In this document: positions 33,189-48,615 of the stretch, piece after piece
How positions within the stretch are numbered: position 1 is the stretch's first letter
Layout: every line of letters starts with the position of its first letter
Origin: the human T2T-CHM13v2.0 reference genome, Homo sapiens
Assembly: GCF_009914755.1 (NCBI RefSeq)
Contig: NC_060929.1
Strand: one strand, 5' to 3'
Length of the DNA: 64,000 nucleotides
The notes under the pieces: generated by a model
Told to the model about the DNA's origin: nothing
What the model saw: only the letters and a program-made list of their open reading frames with translations
Database searches by the model: none
Program-made: the position numbers and the translations under genes

Positions 33189-36179
33189 TAATTTTTAGTT
33201 CCCATACAGTTTACAAATACACTTTTACTGTGATAATACAGCTTTGCAACTAGCAAAGCTGTTGCACTAACATTCATAAATATAGGTGGGGAGAAAATTA
33301 GCATTCACTAATATTTCTCTACATCAACTATTCTTTTAATGTCATTTTTTAAAAAACAGTTGCAAATAGACTACATAATATACTTGGGCAAAAAAGCAAT
33401 TAAGTGAATTTCTTGAAACACTAAATGTATGATAAACAGCATATTATCAACATTTACATGAGTCACATCAAAATGATGACATCCTAAAACATATTCCTTT
33501 TAAAGGATAGATTTATCAATAAATATTACATATCTTTTAATACTCTGGTACAATACTTCATATATTGCAGGAAAATTAATTGTAGGTCTAGTCATCAGCT
33601 TAATCAGGGATCCTTTTCCCATTAGCTTTTATTAATAAAAGAATCACAATTAGGTCGTAAATAAACAGGCAAATTATTAATTACATGATTTGAGGCTTAT
33701 GATGAAAGCTTGTCAAAATTAGTTTGATACACAGCAAAGTTATACGACACACTAAAACCAACTGTTCAATGGTTTTTGCCTTGTGTGAACTGCCCGTAGT
33801 GAAAAACAAACAAATTTTTAGTGATGAAAGATACTATAAACTATAGTTTGGAATGTTTCAAGAGGAAGAAGGAAAAAAGATTTCAACAAAATTAAGGGCA
33901 AATACAGATCCTAACAAAGGCATCCTGACATCAGGGAGGCCACGTGCTTGCTATATGTGAAACTTGAGTTCCCCAACAACATACAGAAAACAAAAGCTGC
34001 ACTGGCTTTGTAGTTATGTCTGTAGTCTAAGTTTCCCTTATGGATACTAAGCTACAACAAAACACTTCAAAATTGCAAACCTTTCCACATCATCCTGAAT
34101 TAAAAAAACTCAAGATGCTATTGGTTCTTAAAATCCCCAATAAAATAACCTCTAAAAATAATATTGACCATTTTCTTGGCTTCCCCAAAGCAAATGGGCT
34201 CTTTAAAGAATGCACACACACCAAGAAAGTCCTACCCATGTTTTCTCATCCCCAATTAGCCACATTTGAAAAGACCTTGATTTCAGTGGGAGAGATGACC
34301 ATAAGTTTCAGAAGGGCCACACACTAGACACGAAGTGCCTTTTAGTTTTTCTTTTTTTTTTGAAAAAGTTACTAAGACTGTGAAATTTGGCTTTTTTTAA
34401 CCCCAATACCATGTGCCAGATAAATCTTTCACCGCGAAATATAATATCCTATGCTTATAATTTTAAAATCCTCAGTGAGCTATGGAATATTGTGCATATT
34501 TAATACCTACCAGAAACCTAGAAGTAAATGGCATCCATGTGTCTGTCACACCGACTTTCCAAATAACCTGATTCACCCATTGCTGACTGCTCTGGCCCTG
34601 GGCTCTCTGACTTCCTCAGAAACCACCTCTTTGGAACTTGCATTTCCACAATTTTTTTTAAACTTGCACCTCGAGCTTTCTCCATCATCCCAGCCTCTCT
34701 GCCTGATTCCATCCCGTGTAAAGTAAACTCTTCTGAGAACTTGCGATCACCTTTTACCAAACACATGATAAGCCTTAGCAATCTAGGGTCTATGATAACT
34801 CTGGCCCTGGCCTAAGTTCACATAAGAACGTGATAGTTTGTTGACCTCATGGAGGGAAATCTAAATGAAATCAGTATCTTGTAACAAACAAAGCTAGCCA
34901 AGATCAGGTATTTCCATTCTGAGTATAAAAGCAACTGATCTTAAGCAACAGGCAGAGATGTTAATGCAGGAGATACATTTGCACAAACTCTTGTGTGCTG
35001 GTGAAAGACTTTACCCCCAAAGTCAAGTCAAGACAAAACCAAAGCAAAATGGAGAGTGAGTATATGTAACAATGCAATAAAAAGAACAGGATTCAAGCTT
35101 CTTGCTGCAAATACTGAACTGAAATCTTTTTCTTTACAAGTTTGACTAGAAGACAGCAGTCACAACATTTCCTTAATAAGGGAATACCTTCAGGCCACAC
35201 CTGTGTTCTGAAGCAATTCAAAGTTCAATGAATATTGGGGGGCGGGGTAGGGGCTGATATGTATTTTGTCAGTGAGAATGGCAGCCAAACTACCTTAGAG
35301 TGTCAAGAGACTGAGAGACCTCAGAAAGCAACTACTACCAGGGCTGGATCTCGGCCTTCCTTTCAGGAGCCACAGTCAGAAGAATCCAAGGAGACCATAA
35401 CTTCACGGCAAAGATGCCATAGCATTTTATTACCGTTACAAAAGACAACCAATGATGTTTTCATTGAAATATCTGCATTGAATGATGATTCAACATATGA
35501 GGCAAAGGGATGTCTTTGGAGAAGGGACTTAAGGTAGAATATTAGCAAATCTTACCAGTTGGCTAAAACAAAAATGAGCTTGTTCAACCTGGCTGGAGGC
35601 CTGTTAGGGCTGTTCCTTCTCACTGTGGCCTGACTGAAAACCAGTGGCATTAAGAAAGAGTCACATTTCCCAAGTCTGGGGGTGCCCCAGTGGGGTGGTG
35701 CTGCTCTCAAAAGCCCTGAGCCCCTAAACACATCCATCCTCACAAGATCAGTTTCCCCATGTGCTGTTTCCAAAAATAGGCTCAGGGTTGGCAGAAATCA
35801 TTCAGGAAGCTTCTTGAAGGCCCTTTCTTCATTTCTCAGTCTGACTTTCAGCTTGTCCCAGCTACTGTAAGCAACTTCGGCTTCCCAAGTTCACTAGCAA
35901 CTTCTACTTTTGCTAATATCCTTGGTTTTCCATGGCCAAGGTTGTGGTTGTGACCATCTGTTAGACTAGTGGCCCCCCAATTAGCTGTAACTCCATTTCA
36001 CACCCTTTTCTTGAATCTGGGCTGGGCTTGTGACTTGTTTAGTAAGTAGAGGGCATACTCCAGCTCTCTTCTGATTAGAAAAAATCATCATCATCAATAG
36101 AGGGCAGTAAAAGGAACACTGTGACAATTCTGCACTTAAGTCTTCAGAAGGCCTGGCTACTGTGCTTTTGAGCTCTTGG

Positions 36180-36465
36180 GAGCTCTGAGCTGCATGTGAG
36201 AGGTCTAGGTACCCTGCCAGCCACCACTGGCTCCATGAAAGAGACTACATGGAGAAGGAGAGACTCAGGACTGCAGGCAGAGAGATAAGCCCAGCCATCC
36301 CAGTCTCTCCGCTGACCTGCTAACCACATGAGGGGCCACCTGCAGGCTGGCAGAAGAACAGCCCAGCTGAGCCCAGCTCAGATTGAAGAACAGTTGGGGG
36401 TGGTGATTTTTTAAGCCACTAAAGTTTTAGGGTAAGTTTGTCAGCAATACTTGACAACCAAAAAC
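36180..36465 (+). mobile_element. MLT1G/H-like LTR remnant within the retrocopied PTPN11 3'UTR
   Basis: gagactacatggagaaggagaga...gcagaagaacagcccagctgagcccagc...ttttaagccactaaagttttagggt. Confidence 0.7.
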
Positions 36466-37297
36466 ACTGGTCATTCATAGATGCCTTTTTTCTAAGTACA
36501 AGACAATTACTCAAATGCAAGGAAAATATGGCAAACGTTTTCCCACCACAACCTTCTCAGTCAACAGCTGAACTATAATTGGTCATCGACTGAAAAAAAA
36601 TAAAAAAGCCACGCCTCTTATCTTAGTTCATAAATATCCATGATTCTTTTCCTATGACTCTTTAATGCCAATGCAAAAGTAGACCAGTCAGCTTCTGACA
36701 GTCTCAGGCACTGGCTTAGTTCTCATTTGGCCAAAAATAGAAGCCATCAAAATGAATTATACACTACTCGATACATGACGGTAAATGAGATTGTTCTCAC
36801 TTTTCTAGGATGTCGTTACTTAATTTTCCCAGATCATTTCTTCTTATCATCCCCCACAATGAGGAAAAAAACTTAAACTGGTTAAGGTTATAAAAAGAAA
36901 AAAAAAGCCTATTACTAGAATTTGAATCCCCATCATCTGCAAAATACAGTGCACAAGTTAACTGCTTCCTCAATTTAAAACAAATTCTATAAAATATAAT
37001 GTTGTCTACATTGAAGAGATGATTTCTTCTTATCTGAGGAAATAAGTAATTGGGAAGCAGGTATTTTTGAGTTAAAATACAGTGATCTTTAAATGGTTTC
37101 AAATTTTGCTTATCAAAAGGTAGTCAACCACAATGCAAGCCTTCCAGATCTAAATTCTGTCTTCACATAAACTTTCTTGCATCTGTTCTTGATCTTTTCA
37201 GAGAGAGGGTGAAAGTCCACTTCTATTTCTGTGCTGAAGTTTTGGCAGGTTTTCTCATCTGAAACTTTTCTGCTGCTGCATCAGGCCCACGTTTTCA

Positions 37298-38512
<1,215 letters not shown>

Positions 38513-38673
38513 TCAGAGGTATAATCTGCACAGTTCAGAAGATATTTAAGCTCAATAACATCTCCATTCTTCTCTTTTAATTGCCTATGATGTTCCATGT
38601 AATACTGGACCAACTCAGCCAAAGTGGCACATTTCTCCTCTCCATAGAGGTCATAGTAATCACCAGTGCTCTA

Positions 38674-38877
<204 letters not shown>

Positions 38878-39040
38878 TCAGGCTCCACTGGGCTGGGTCA
38901 CATCGGGCTAGCCCAAGGGAGGCCTACTCGGGACCAGACGAGGAGACAGAGCCAGCCGGCTGTGCACAGACCCCCTCTCCAGGCCTGGGGATCCCAGAGA
39001 CTGTGCAGCCGCCCCCCCCGGTCCGGCTTGCTCCTCCTCC

Positions 39041-39165
39041 GGCTAATTTTTGTACTTTTAGTGGAGATGGGGTTTCTCACTTTTGGCCAGGCTAGTCTTG
39101 AACTCCTGACCCTCCTTGGGCTTCCAAAGTGCTGGGATTACAGGCTTGAGCCACCAGGCCTGGTC
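39041..39165 (-). mobile_element. AluS left arm (remainder of the split Alu)
   Basis: ggctaatttttgtacttttagtggagatggggtttc...caaagtgctgggattacaggcttgagccacc, with a small internal deletion. Confidence 0.92.
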
Positions 39166-40199
39166 GGGCCTCTATTTCAATATGATTTTTATTTGGATGG
39201 ACATCTGGAGAAGCCTATACTGTATTATATTGCTTTGCTTTCCATAACTAATTATAGAAATATCTATATTACAAGCTGTATATAATTTCATGAATTTCAA
39301 ATAAAACACTGAAGATCTGAGCATGGGATTCAAACATACAAAATAGTAATTGTAATATCCAAAATTAGAAAGATATGGATTTTCTGTTATTGGATTATCT
39401 GACTATATTTTTCTTAGCTTATAGGAATAACTGAAGAAAATTATGGTGTATTATAGGATAGACAAGATTTTCCTGAATTTCCAATAAAATTCTAGAGGCT
39501 CTCATAAGAAGACCAACAATGTAAAGTAGTAAAACTGATAAATTCACTACTAGAAAAATGCAAACTTCATAATGATATTCTTGCCATTTGATAGAATTGC
39601 TTTTGTACATCTATACATTCAGAGTTTTGTTTTCTGAACTGGTTATGAGAAGAAACAGAATTTTTAGGAAATGAAACTTTATTTTCCGCAGTATTTTAGT
39701 TTTGTACATTAAAATTCTTTCACTTAAAATATTTTGTATTTATTTTCTAGCATTTTTTCTTCTTCTCATACTTATTATGTGTTGACTCAAGGGGTACCTG
39801 ATAAAACAGATACAATTGATTACTCCTATAAAGATCTGTATGCCTCGAAAAGTAGAAGTTGCCTTACTTTTTCATAATGTTTCTTTATGTTTGAATAACA
39901 CTTACATGTAAAGATTACATGGTGAATACAGACAAGATAGATCTTATATAATCTATTGTTTTACAGACCTTTTAATATATACTTCTGAGACTAAAAAGTA
40001 ATACCTAATATTTATGCTATCTATTAGGCCATGTATTAGACTCATTGCTTCATGAGGATCCTCCTAGTTTCATGAGGATGCATAAGTACATTTTAGGCAT
40101 CACTGCATTTTTAATGCCTAGTATTGAGACAACAGTATGGGAAGGGCTCAATACGTAGTTTTTAAATGTATAAGTCTGGTGACTAATTTCAGCAGGAAA

Positions 40200-41430
40200 T
40201 TAATGTATAAATATTTATCAAAACACTATTGAGCCCTTAAAGTTGTCATGATTTTTTATAAGTGTTGATAACAAAAACAGATGTGACTTTGGCCTACTTT
40301 GTACTAATAATCCAGAGATAGAAAAGCACATTAAACACAACAGACACTATAAATGTGTATCCATGATTACTGCTATATAAAGGAACTAACTCTTTGAGGA
40401 CTTATGGAAGTAAGATTTGACATAATTATGATTAGTGAAAGTGGAAATCAAATAATGGAATATAATGCATTAATGGTTGAATAATCAAAAAACCAGATAA
40501 TAAGTGGGGCAGCATAGAGAAGCCAAGACACAGGAAATAGCACATGAAGTGTACTGTGATATGCAGGGGCATTATTAATGAGTACAGAGACTCCCGAAAG
40601 TAAAAGATCAGAGATGACAAAGCAAAGAATACAATGAGGATGCATGATATGAAAAAAAGCTGAAGAGACACTTAGGGAGAGGGTGTTAGATTTTTATTGA
40701 TCAGGATAACAGTTGTCTTTTTCTTTGTCTTTTTTTTTTTTGAGACGGAGCCTCACTCTGTTGCCAGGCTGGATTGCCGTGGCGCGACCTCAGCTCACTG
40801 CAACCCCCACCTCCCGGATTCAAGCTATTCTCCTGCCTCACTCTCCTGAGTAGCAGGGACTACAGGCACCCGCCACCACGTCCAGCTAATTTTTGTATTT
40901 TTAGTAGAGACGGGGTTTCACCGTGTTGGCCAGGATGCTCTCGATCTCTTGACCTCATGATCCGCCCGCCTTGGACTCCCAAAGCGCTAGGATTATAGGC
41001 GTGAGCCATCGTGCCCAGCCTAACAGTTGTCTTTTTCTAAAAAAGAGTGAAAACAATTAAAATATTTTTTGTGTTTGTTGGCATTTTCAGATTTTTAAAA
41101 TATTATCCTGACTGCTATGGGGAAAATGGAGCACAGGTAATCTATGGCTAGTGTGGGAAAAACAAAAATTTAACTGCTGATTTCCAGGTGAGTGATATAA
41201 TTGCATGAGCAGGTATTGTGGTGTAGATGGAGGGAAGGTCAAAAAAAATACAGTATTTTTTACTAGGTAAAATAAATAAGAATATATGCAATTCTATAGA
41301 TCATAATGTCATTCACCTACATAGGAAACATTGGAAGAGGCACATGTTTGGGGGAACTTTATTTTGTTGTTAGCACATAAACCTGGAATGCCTTAGATAT
41401 ATTTAAGACATGATATTAAATATACATATT
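40200..41430 (-). mobile_element. L2 LINE, degraded, interrupted by AluSc
   Basis: aatatttatcaaaacactatt; tatcctgactgctatgggga; ttccaggtgagtgat. Confidence 0.5.
40725..41020 (-). mobile_element. AluSc
   Basis: ctgttgccaggctgg (1-nt deletion) and tcgatctcttgacctcatgatcc. 18-bp TSD TAACAGTTGTCTTTTTCT at 40707-40724 and 41021-41038. Confidence 0.95.
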
Positions 41431-42004
41431 GTATTACCCTTTACAAAATATCTGCCTTTCAATAAAAGTATTATAAGTCATGCCCATGAAGAACAGAAGC
41501 GATAAAGAAAGCAAACAAACTAGACTCAGATATGATACAGATAAGAAGTTAGTTATGACTAATATGTTAAAATCTGCAATAGAAAAAGTAGACAACTTAA
41601 AAGATGGACAATTTAAGTAAAGAAAATTATAAGAAAAAATCAAAAGGTAACACTAGAAATGAAAAACAGTAACAGAAATGAAGAATGTTGTTTGATAGCT
41701 AATCAGTAGACTGAACATGGCCTAGAAAAGAAATTAGTGAGCTTAAAATTAGGCCAGTTGAATTGTCTTAAACTTAATGCAAAGGATAAAACTAATAATA
41801 ACAACAACAAAAATAGAAATGAATGTCCCAAAACCAGGATCAATTTGAAAATCTTCAACAAACACATAATAGTAATACTAAAAGAGGAATAAAGAGATAG
41901 TGTAGCAGAAGTAATACTTCAAGGAACAATGGCTAAGAACTTTACAAAATTAAGAATAGACACGAAAACAAACACTCAGGAAGCTCAGAGATAACAGGCA
42001 TGAT

Positions 42005-42006
<2 letters not shown>

Positions 42007-42044
<38 letters not shown>
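42007..42044. repeat. (CA)n microsatellite
   Basis: Uninterrupted CA run. Confidence 0.95.
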
Positions 42045-42045
<1 letters not shown>

Positions 42046-43726
42046 AAATAACACATATTATTTTCAAATTGCAGACAGCTAAAAGTGAAAAAAAAACTCT
42101 TGAGGAAACACAAGAGGGAAAATACCTAGAGAAGAATAAGGTTAGGAATTACAGCAAACTTCTTATCATAAGTCCATAAGCAAGAAAAGATTAGGGTCAA
42201 ATATTTAACGTATTAAAAAACCACTTAGAATTAGATATCATGAGAAATTATCTTTCAAAAGTGAAGGAAAAATAAGACATCCTCTGAAAATTAAACACTG
42301 AGGAAATTCATCATCATTTAATCTGCCTTATAATAAATGATAAAAGTTCTCCAAGAGGAATAAAAATAATGCAAGCCTGAAACTTAGAAATAAAGGCAAG
42401 AGAAAAGAAATAGATTATGATAAACAATATTTTTTATTTTTCTTATTTTTATGAATAAAATATAAAATTTGTGTTTAAATAATTATGACAATTTGTTGTT
42501 ACATATGTTTATATAATATATGGATAAGTGAAATGCATAACAGCAATGACAAAAGTGATGGAACGGAGGAATTGCGACTATTCTATTCTAAGAAACTTAC
42601 AGTAAACATGAATAGATACACTATAATTTGAAGATAAACTTTGATTAGTTAAGTGAATGTATTAGAACCTTAAGGGTAGCCACTTAAAATTTTTAAAAAT
42701 TACTATGAATGATATACTAAGAACAAACAAAATGAATAGAAAACAGTTACACACATGGTAGACAGTAAATCACCTATATCAATAATGGCTTTAAAATGAC
42801 TAGTTTAGATGAACCATTAAAAGACAGAGATGCAACTCTTTGTTGTCAAAAAGAATCTCATCTGAAGCATATAAACTAAGGTTAAAATTTTAAAAAGGAT
42901 GAAAAAGATATCATGCTAACACTAATACAAAGAAAGCAGAAGTAACTGTATTAATTTTGGATAAAGCAGACATCAGAAGAAGAAAATTTATTACAGATAG
43001 AGAGCAACACAACATAACGAGAAAGGAAACAATTATCCAAATATGTATAATATATAACAACCCTAAACCTAATAATAAAGAATCGAAGTGCTCTATTAGA
43101 CCTGAAGAAGAAATAGAGAAATACACTATTATACTTAGTGTGCTATAAAATTTCAACATTTCTTTTCACAAGTGATATATCAGTAAGCAGAAAATCAGTA
43201 AGGACATTGTTGACCTGAACAATACTAAAAATCAACTTGGTATAATTGATACTTAAATACCACTTCATTCAATAACAGCAGCATGTATATTCTTCTCAAG
43301 TTTGCATGGAACATTCAACAATGGAAACCACATTCTTTTCTGGGACATAAAATGCCTATCAATGTGTTAGAAACATATTAATAGCTTAAAACATATTAAT
43401 AACTTAAAACACATATTAATAACTTAAAGGCACAGAAATCATGAAAACCATGTGTTCAGAAAACAATACAATTAAACTAGAAATGCATAAAATATAGTTG
43501 GGAAATCCCAGAACATTTGAAGATTTAACAGCACACTTTTAAATGATAAATGTATCAAACAGTAGTTTCAAACAAATATTGTAAAGAATGTGAAGTAAAT
43601 AAAAATAAAATATTTACCTTTGTGCAATGAAGGAAAAGAAGTATTTAGAGGGAAATTTATAGTATAATATACACCTACAATAAATCTACAGCTGGTGAGA
43701 AATGATATGTTTTTCTATAAGGTTGG

Positions 43727-44165
43727 TGTCTTAGAGTTCTCTAGAAAACAGAATCAATAGAAAAAATACATAATATTATTATTATTTTTAATAATATTAT
43801 TTATAATAAGAACTTGTCTTGTGTGATTATGGAAGCTAAGAAGGCCCAGGATCTGCCCTTTGAAAGATAAAGACCCAAGACAGCCATATATTTCAGTCCA
43901 AGTCTGAAGGCCTAACAACCAGGAGGACTGATGGTGTAAGTCTCAGTCCAAGAGTAAGAGAAGACTGTTGTTTCAATGTTCAAGCAGCCAGACAGAGAGC
44001 AAGACTTCAATCTTCCTCCATATTTTAGCTCTATCTGGGACTTAAACAGGTTGGCTGATATTCACCTACATTAGGCCAGGAAATATTCTTTCTTCAGTCT
44101 ACCACTCTAAACACAATCTGGGAATCTCATGGCCCAGTCAATTTGACACAAAATTAAACATCACA
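43727..44165 (-). mobile_element. ERVL LTR, MLT2B-like
   Basis: gttctctagaaaacagaatcaatag...gtgattatggaagctaagaagg...ggcccagtcaatttgacacaaaattaaacatcaca. Confidence 0.85.
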
Positions 44166-44894
44166 ACTGGGAACAAGTCAATAATATCCTATCTCATAGC
44201 TTCTATTCAACATCATATTGGAATTCCTGGCCAGGGCAATAAGAAAAAAAGCAGGGCAAGGGTGGTAAGGTATAAAGATTGAAAAAGAAGAAATAGAAAC
44301 TTCCTCATTTGTAATGGAATAATAGTTCATGTAGAAAATTCAAAGGAATAAACAGAAACATCTAAAATTAATGAGTCCAAGAAGATTGTGAAATCTAACA
44401 TTAATATACAAAGGCAATCGAGTATTCAAAAAATATTACAGTAGAACTATACATTGACAGTAAAATACTTCCTTTTAAATCTAAGAAAATGTATGCATGA
44501 CCTATTTAAGGAAAACTGCAAAACATTATGAAAAAATACAAGCTCTAATTAAATTGATACTTTTTTCTCTGTTTATTGATTAGAAGTCTCAATATTGTTA
44601 CAATGTCAATTCTCCTCAACTTAATCTATAGATTCAACACAATCTCAATCAAAGTCTGAGCAACCTAGGATATACATATGGGTGAATTGATTGTAACATT
44701 TTAGTGGAAAGGCAAACAGCCTACAAAAACCAACGTAATACTGAAGAAGAAGAAAAAATGTTGGATGACAAACCTTATCCAATTTTATAAGACTGCAATA
44801 ATCAGGAGCATGTGGAACTGATGAAAGAATAGACACGTCAATCCATGAAACAGACTAGAAAGCATAGAAATCGACCCACACACATCTAGACCAC

Positions 44895-45252
44895 TACATT
44901 AGTCTGTTTCATGCTGTTGATGAAGATATACTTGAGACTGGATAACTTATAAAGAAAAACAGGTTTAATGGACTCACAGTTCCACATGACTGGGGAGGCC
45001 TCACAATCATGGCAGAAGGCAAAAAGCACCTCTTGCATGGTAGCAGACAAGAGAGAATAAGAGCCAAGTGAAAGGGGAAACCCCATATAAAACCATCCGA
45101 TCTCATGAGACTTATTCACTACCATGAGAACAGTATGGGGGAAACTGCTGCATAATGCAATTATCTCCACCGGAGCCCCCAACAACACATGGGAATTATG
45201 GGAACTGCAATTCAAGATGAAATTTGGGTGGAGACACAGCCAAACCATATCA
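44895..45252 (-). mobile_element. MaLR solo LTR, THE1C-like
   Basis: aggtttaatggactcacagttccacatgactggggaggcctcacaatcatggcagaagg...gagacacagccaaaccatatca. Confidence 0.9.
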
Positions 45253-47647
45253 TCTACTAATATTTGACAAAGGAACAAAGGCAATTTAGTGAGAAAAAGA
45301 TAGTATTTTCAGCAATTTATGATGGAATACAATTGGACTTCCATATGCAAAAAAAAAGTGTAGACAGAGACATTATATTGTACCCCAAAATTAACTTGAA
45401 ATGGATCATTGTATAAAAGGCAAAATGTAAAGTCTGAGGTAAATATGTAAATATACATTTTCATCCTAAATGTAAAATGTGAAACTATGAAACCTCTTGA
45501 AAAAAATTTAAAAAAATGTGGAGTTGGATATTGTGATGCGTTAAATTCAGTAACAGTGGCATAATTCAGCAATTAAAAAAGTCATAAGTTGCATTTTATT
45601 AAAACCAAAAATTGTCTGCCCTGCAAAAGTCACTATTAAGAAAATGAAAATTTAAGCCACATACTGTGAATGAATATTTGATAAGCACAAATGATGAAGG
45701 ACTTGCACTCAAAATACACAAATAACTTGTAAGCTCAAAAATGTAACAACAAACAGTTAAAACAAAGGGCAAAACACATGAACAGACATCTCACCAAAGA
45801 AGATATACAGATGGGCACACAGCAAATGAAAAGCTGCTAAGCATCATTTTTAATTAGTGAATTGCATACTAAAACAACATCTAATAGAATGAATTCAATG
45901 TGAACCAAAAAAGTGACAATGCTCCCTGCTGTGGAGGATGTGGAGCAACAGGAAAATAAGTTGGTCATAGGATTGCTGGTAGGATGACAAATTAATAATT
46001 TTGGAAGACAGTTTGGCATTTTTTTTCAAAAAATGAAACATATGTTTAACATATAATCCATGAATTGTGCTCCCAGGTATTTAAAAAACTCAGTTAAAAA
46101 TTTATATCCACAGAAAACCCAGCACATTAATGTTTATAGCAGTATTACTTATAATCATCAAAAACTAGAAGATGGCTATTAACAGGTAGATGGAACAACA
46201 AACTGTGATACATTCAGAGAGTAGAATATGAGTCAGTGATTAAAAAAGTATATGAACTATCAAGCTATCAAAAAATTATGGCTGAACCTTAAATCTGCCC
46301 ATTGTTATATTTAAAAAGTCATTCAGAAAAAAATCATATATTGTATAATTCCAATTATGTAAAGTTTTAGAAAGTGCTTAACTATTGAGAAAGTAAACAG
46401 ATCACTGGTTGCCAGAGGTTCAGATGGGGGGAACTTTAGTAGGTGAATCAGAGGGAATATTTTATTGTGACAAAACTATTCTGTAATGGTGAATAGAAGA
46501 AATTTAACATTTGACATGCTGTGCATTTAAGTTCACACCTTGTGCCATAAAGTTCTGTGTGATATATGTGATGCCAATAGAATGGAATGTAGAATGTGAG
46601 AAAGTAATCCAAATCTATTACAAATTTATAAAACAACCTCACCGACTGACGTTATGGAATGAGGCACCAATACAAGTAACTTTGGAGTTAGTGGAGTTTT
46701 TAAAAATAAGGGCAAAAGGAAGTGTATGTAAGCACCGTACTCTACTTGATAAAACGATTTTCCATGGAGATACAAATTAATACTTTTGAAACCACTGAAC
46801 ACTGAAATTGAATAATTAGGTAAATAAATGGTGAATGATGGGGCAAGATTTCTAAATATTGGAGTGAGAGATTATAGGCAAGTAAGGAAAAGAGGACAGA
46901 ATAATCCAGGTGGTCATGGATTAGAGTTGGAGACATCAATACAACATGTTTAGTTTAATATAGAAAAATGCAGTTAAATACATGTGTGTATGTGTGTGTG
47001 TGTGTGTACATGGGTTGATCTATCCACATATGCTTATTTGCTTTACCAGAACTAATAAGCATACTTAACTTTCATAGCTTGGCTTCTAATTTAATGTCAT
47101 TCTCAAAAATGTAACCAAACCGTCTTGGAGAAAAAAAAGGTGATTCTAGGACTCGAGCAAGAAATGCATAAAATTAGCATGGATTTCATGTAGTACCAGA
47201 AAGTTTTGAAAACAACAACAGCAACAAATAGACAAACAACAACAAAAAACAGCAATGATGGCGGTATACCGAAAGAATATCAGAGTCAAATTTAAGCAAC
47301 AAAAAATGTTGTACGAGATAATAACTTAAATTATCAAATAAATATCCTTCGGTGCATACTGATATAAACACATTATTAGCTATATAAACAAATGGGAAAA
47401 AATAGACAAATAATGCCCTGAATAGAAATTTTCCAAGTAATTTATAGAGATAGTTCAACCTCAATTAGAGGATGCATATCTCCCCATTCCTTAAGTGCAG
47501 GCTGTGCATAATGACTTCATTCCAAATAACACATTATTAAAAGGAGGGAAGAATAATAATTTTACAATAGAGGTTCCTGAGTGACACTACCTCAGCTGAG
47601 TGATAAAAGTCACCATCAACAGATAAATCATGCTGTCAGTATGTACT

Positions 47648-48027
47648 TGTCTAAGTGTGTTTTGTGTTGCTATAACAGAATACCACAGGCTGGGTAATTT
47701 ATTTTTTTAAAAAAGTAGTTTATTTGGCGCATAGTTCTGAAGGCTGGGAAGTCAAAGAGCATGGTACCAGCATCTGGTGAGGGCCTTTGTGCTGTGTCAT
47801 TCCATGGCAGAAAGGAGAAAAGCAAAAGCAGATTATGGAAAGAGTGAGAGCAAGAGAGGGCTGAACCCACTTTCATAACAACCCAGTCCCACAAGAACAA
47901 TATAAATCCATTCATGAGGGTACAGACATAGTGGCCTAATTATTTATTAATGGTCCCACTCTTAATACCTTCACGATGGCAATTAAATTCAACTTGAATT
48001 CTGGAGGGGACATTCAAACCATAGTAG
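47648..48027 (-). mobile_element. MaLR solo LTR, MSTC-like
   Basis: tgctataacagaataccacaggctgggtaatttat...cagcatctggtgagggcc...ggggacattcaaaccatag. Confidence 0.8.
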
Positions 48028-48615
48028 CGCTGTTGAGTAGTACTTCTGCTGATATTTTATTATCATAATGGCACTTTACCTTTGTGGTCTTCATCTTAAG
48101 AAAATAATATCCACTCAAATAATAAGAAAAACATCAGGAAAATCCCAATAGAAGAATATCCTACCAAGACTTTTCAAAACTGAAAACATCATGAATAACA
48201 GAGCAAATTAGAGAAACTGTCAGCCAACAACAACTGTAAGGAGACAGGACTACTAAATGTAATGGAGAATCCTAGATGAGATCTTGCAACAGCAGAAAAA
48301 GAAAATATGATGAAATCTGAACTTTACTTAATTATAATGTATCAATATTGGTTCATTAATTACAACAAATATGCCATACTGATATAAAGTGTTAAAAACT
48401 GGGAAACTAAGTTATGTGGAAAACTCTCTGTACTATCTTCACTGTAAATGTATAAGTCAAAAAGTGATCAAAAATAAAAAAGTATACTTTAAAAACACTA
48501 TAGAAAATAAGAAATATTTGGTAACCTCCAGAGGCTTCAATTCATATGAATTGTTTTAGATCATATTCCAAATGCACCATCTAAAGTTTGTCCTCTCACA
48601 CAGTCCTGATAAAAC

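Larger units (their letters stand above)
41450..48490 (+). mobile_element. Long old L1M (L1MC/L1MD-like) from ORF1 to 3'UTR, carrying nested LTRs
   Basis: ORF1-like (aggaagctcagag, aaattatctttcaaaagtgaagg), ORF2-like (catggaacattca, caatattgttacaatgtcaattctcc, aacagacatctcaccaaagaagatatac) and L1MC/MD 3'UTR-like (atgtatcaatattggttcattaat, aactctctgtactatctt) segments in colinear order. Confidence 0.8.

Noticed and set aside
43371-43428. Three ~18-20-bp direct repeats (aaacatattaataactta), superficially array-like
   Set aside because: Head-to-tail minisatellite inside L1 with no spacers; not CRISPR.
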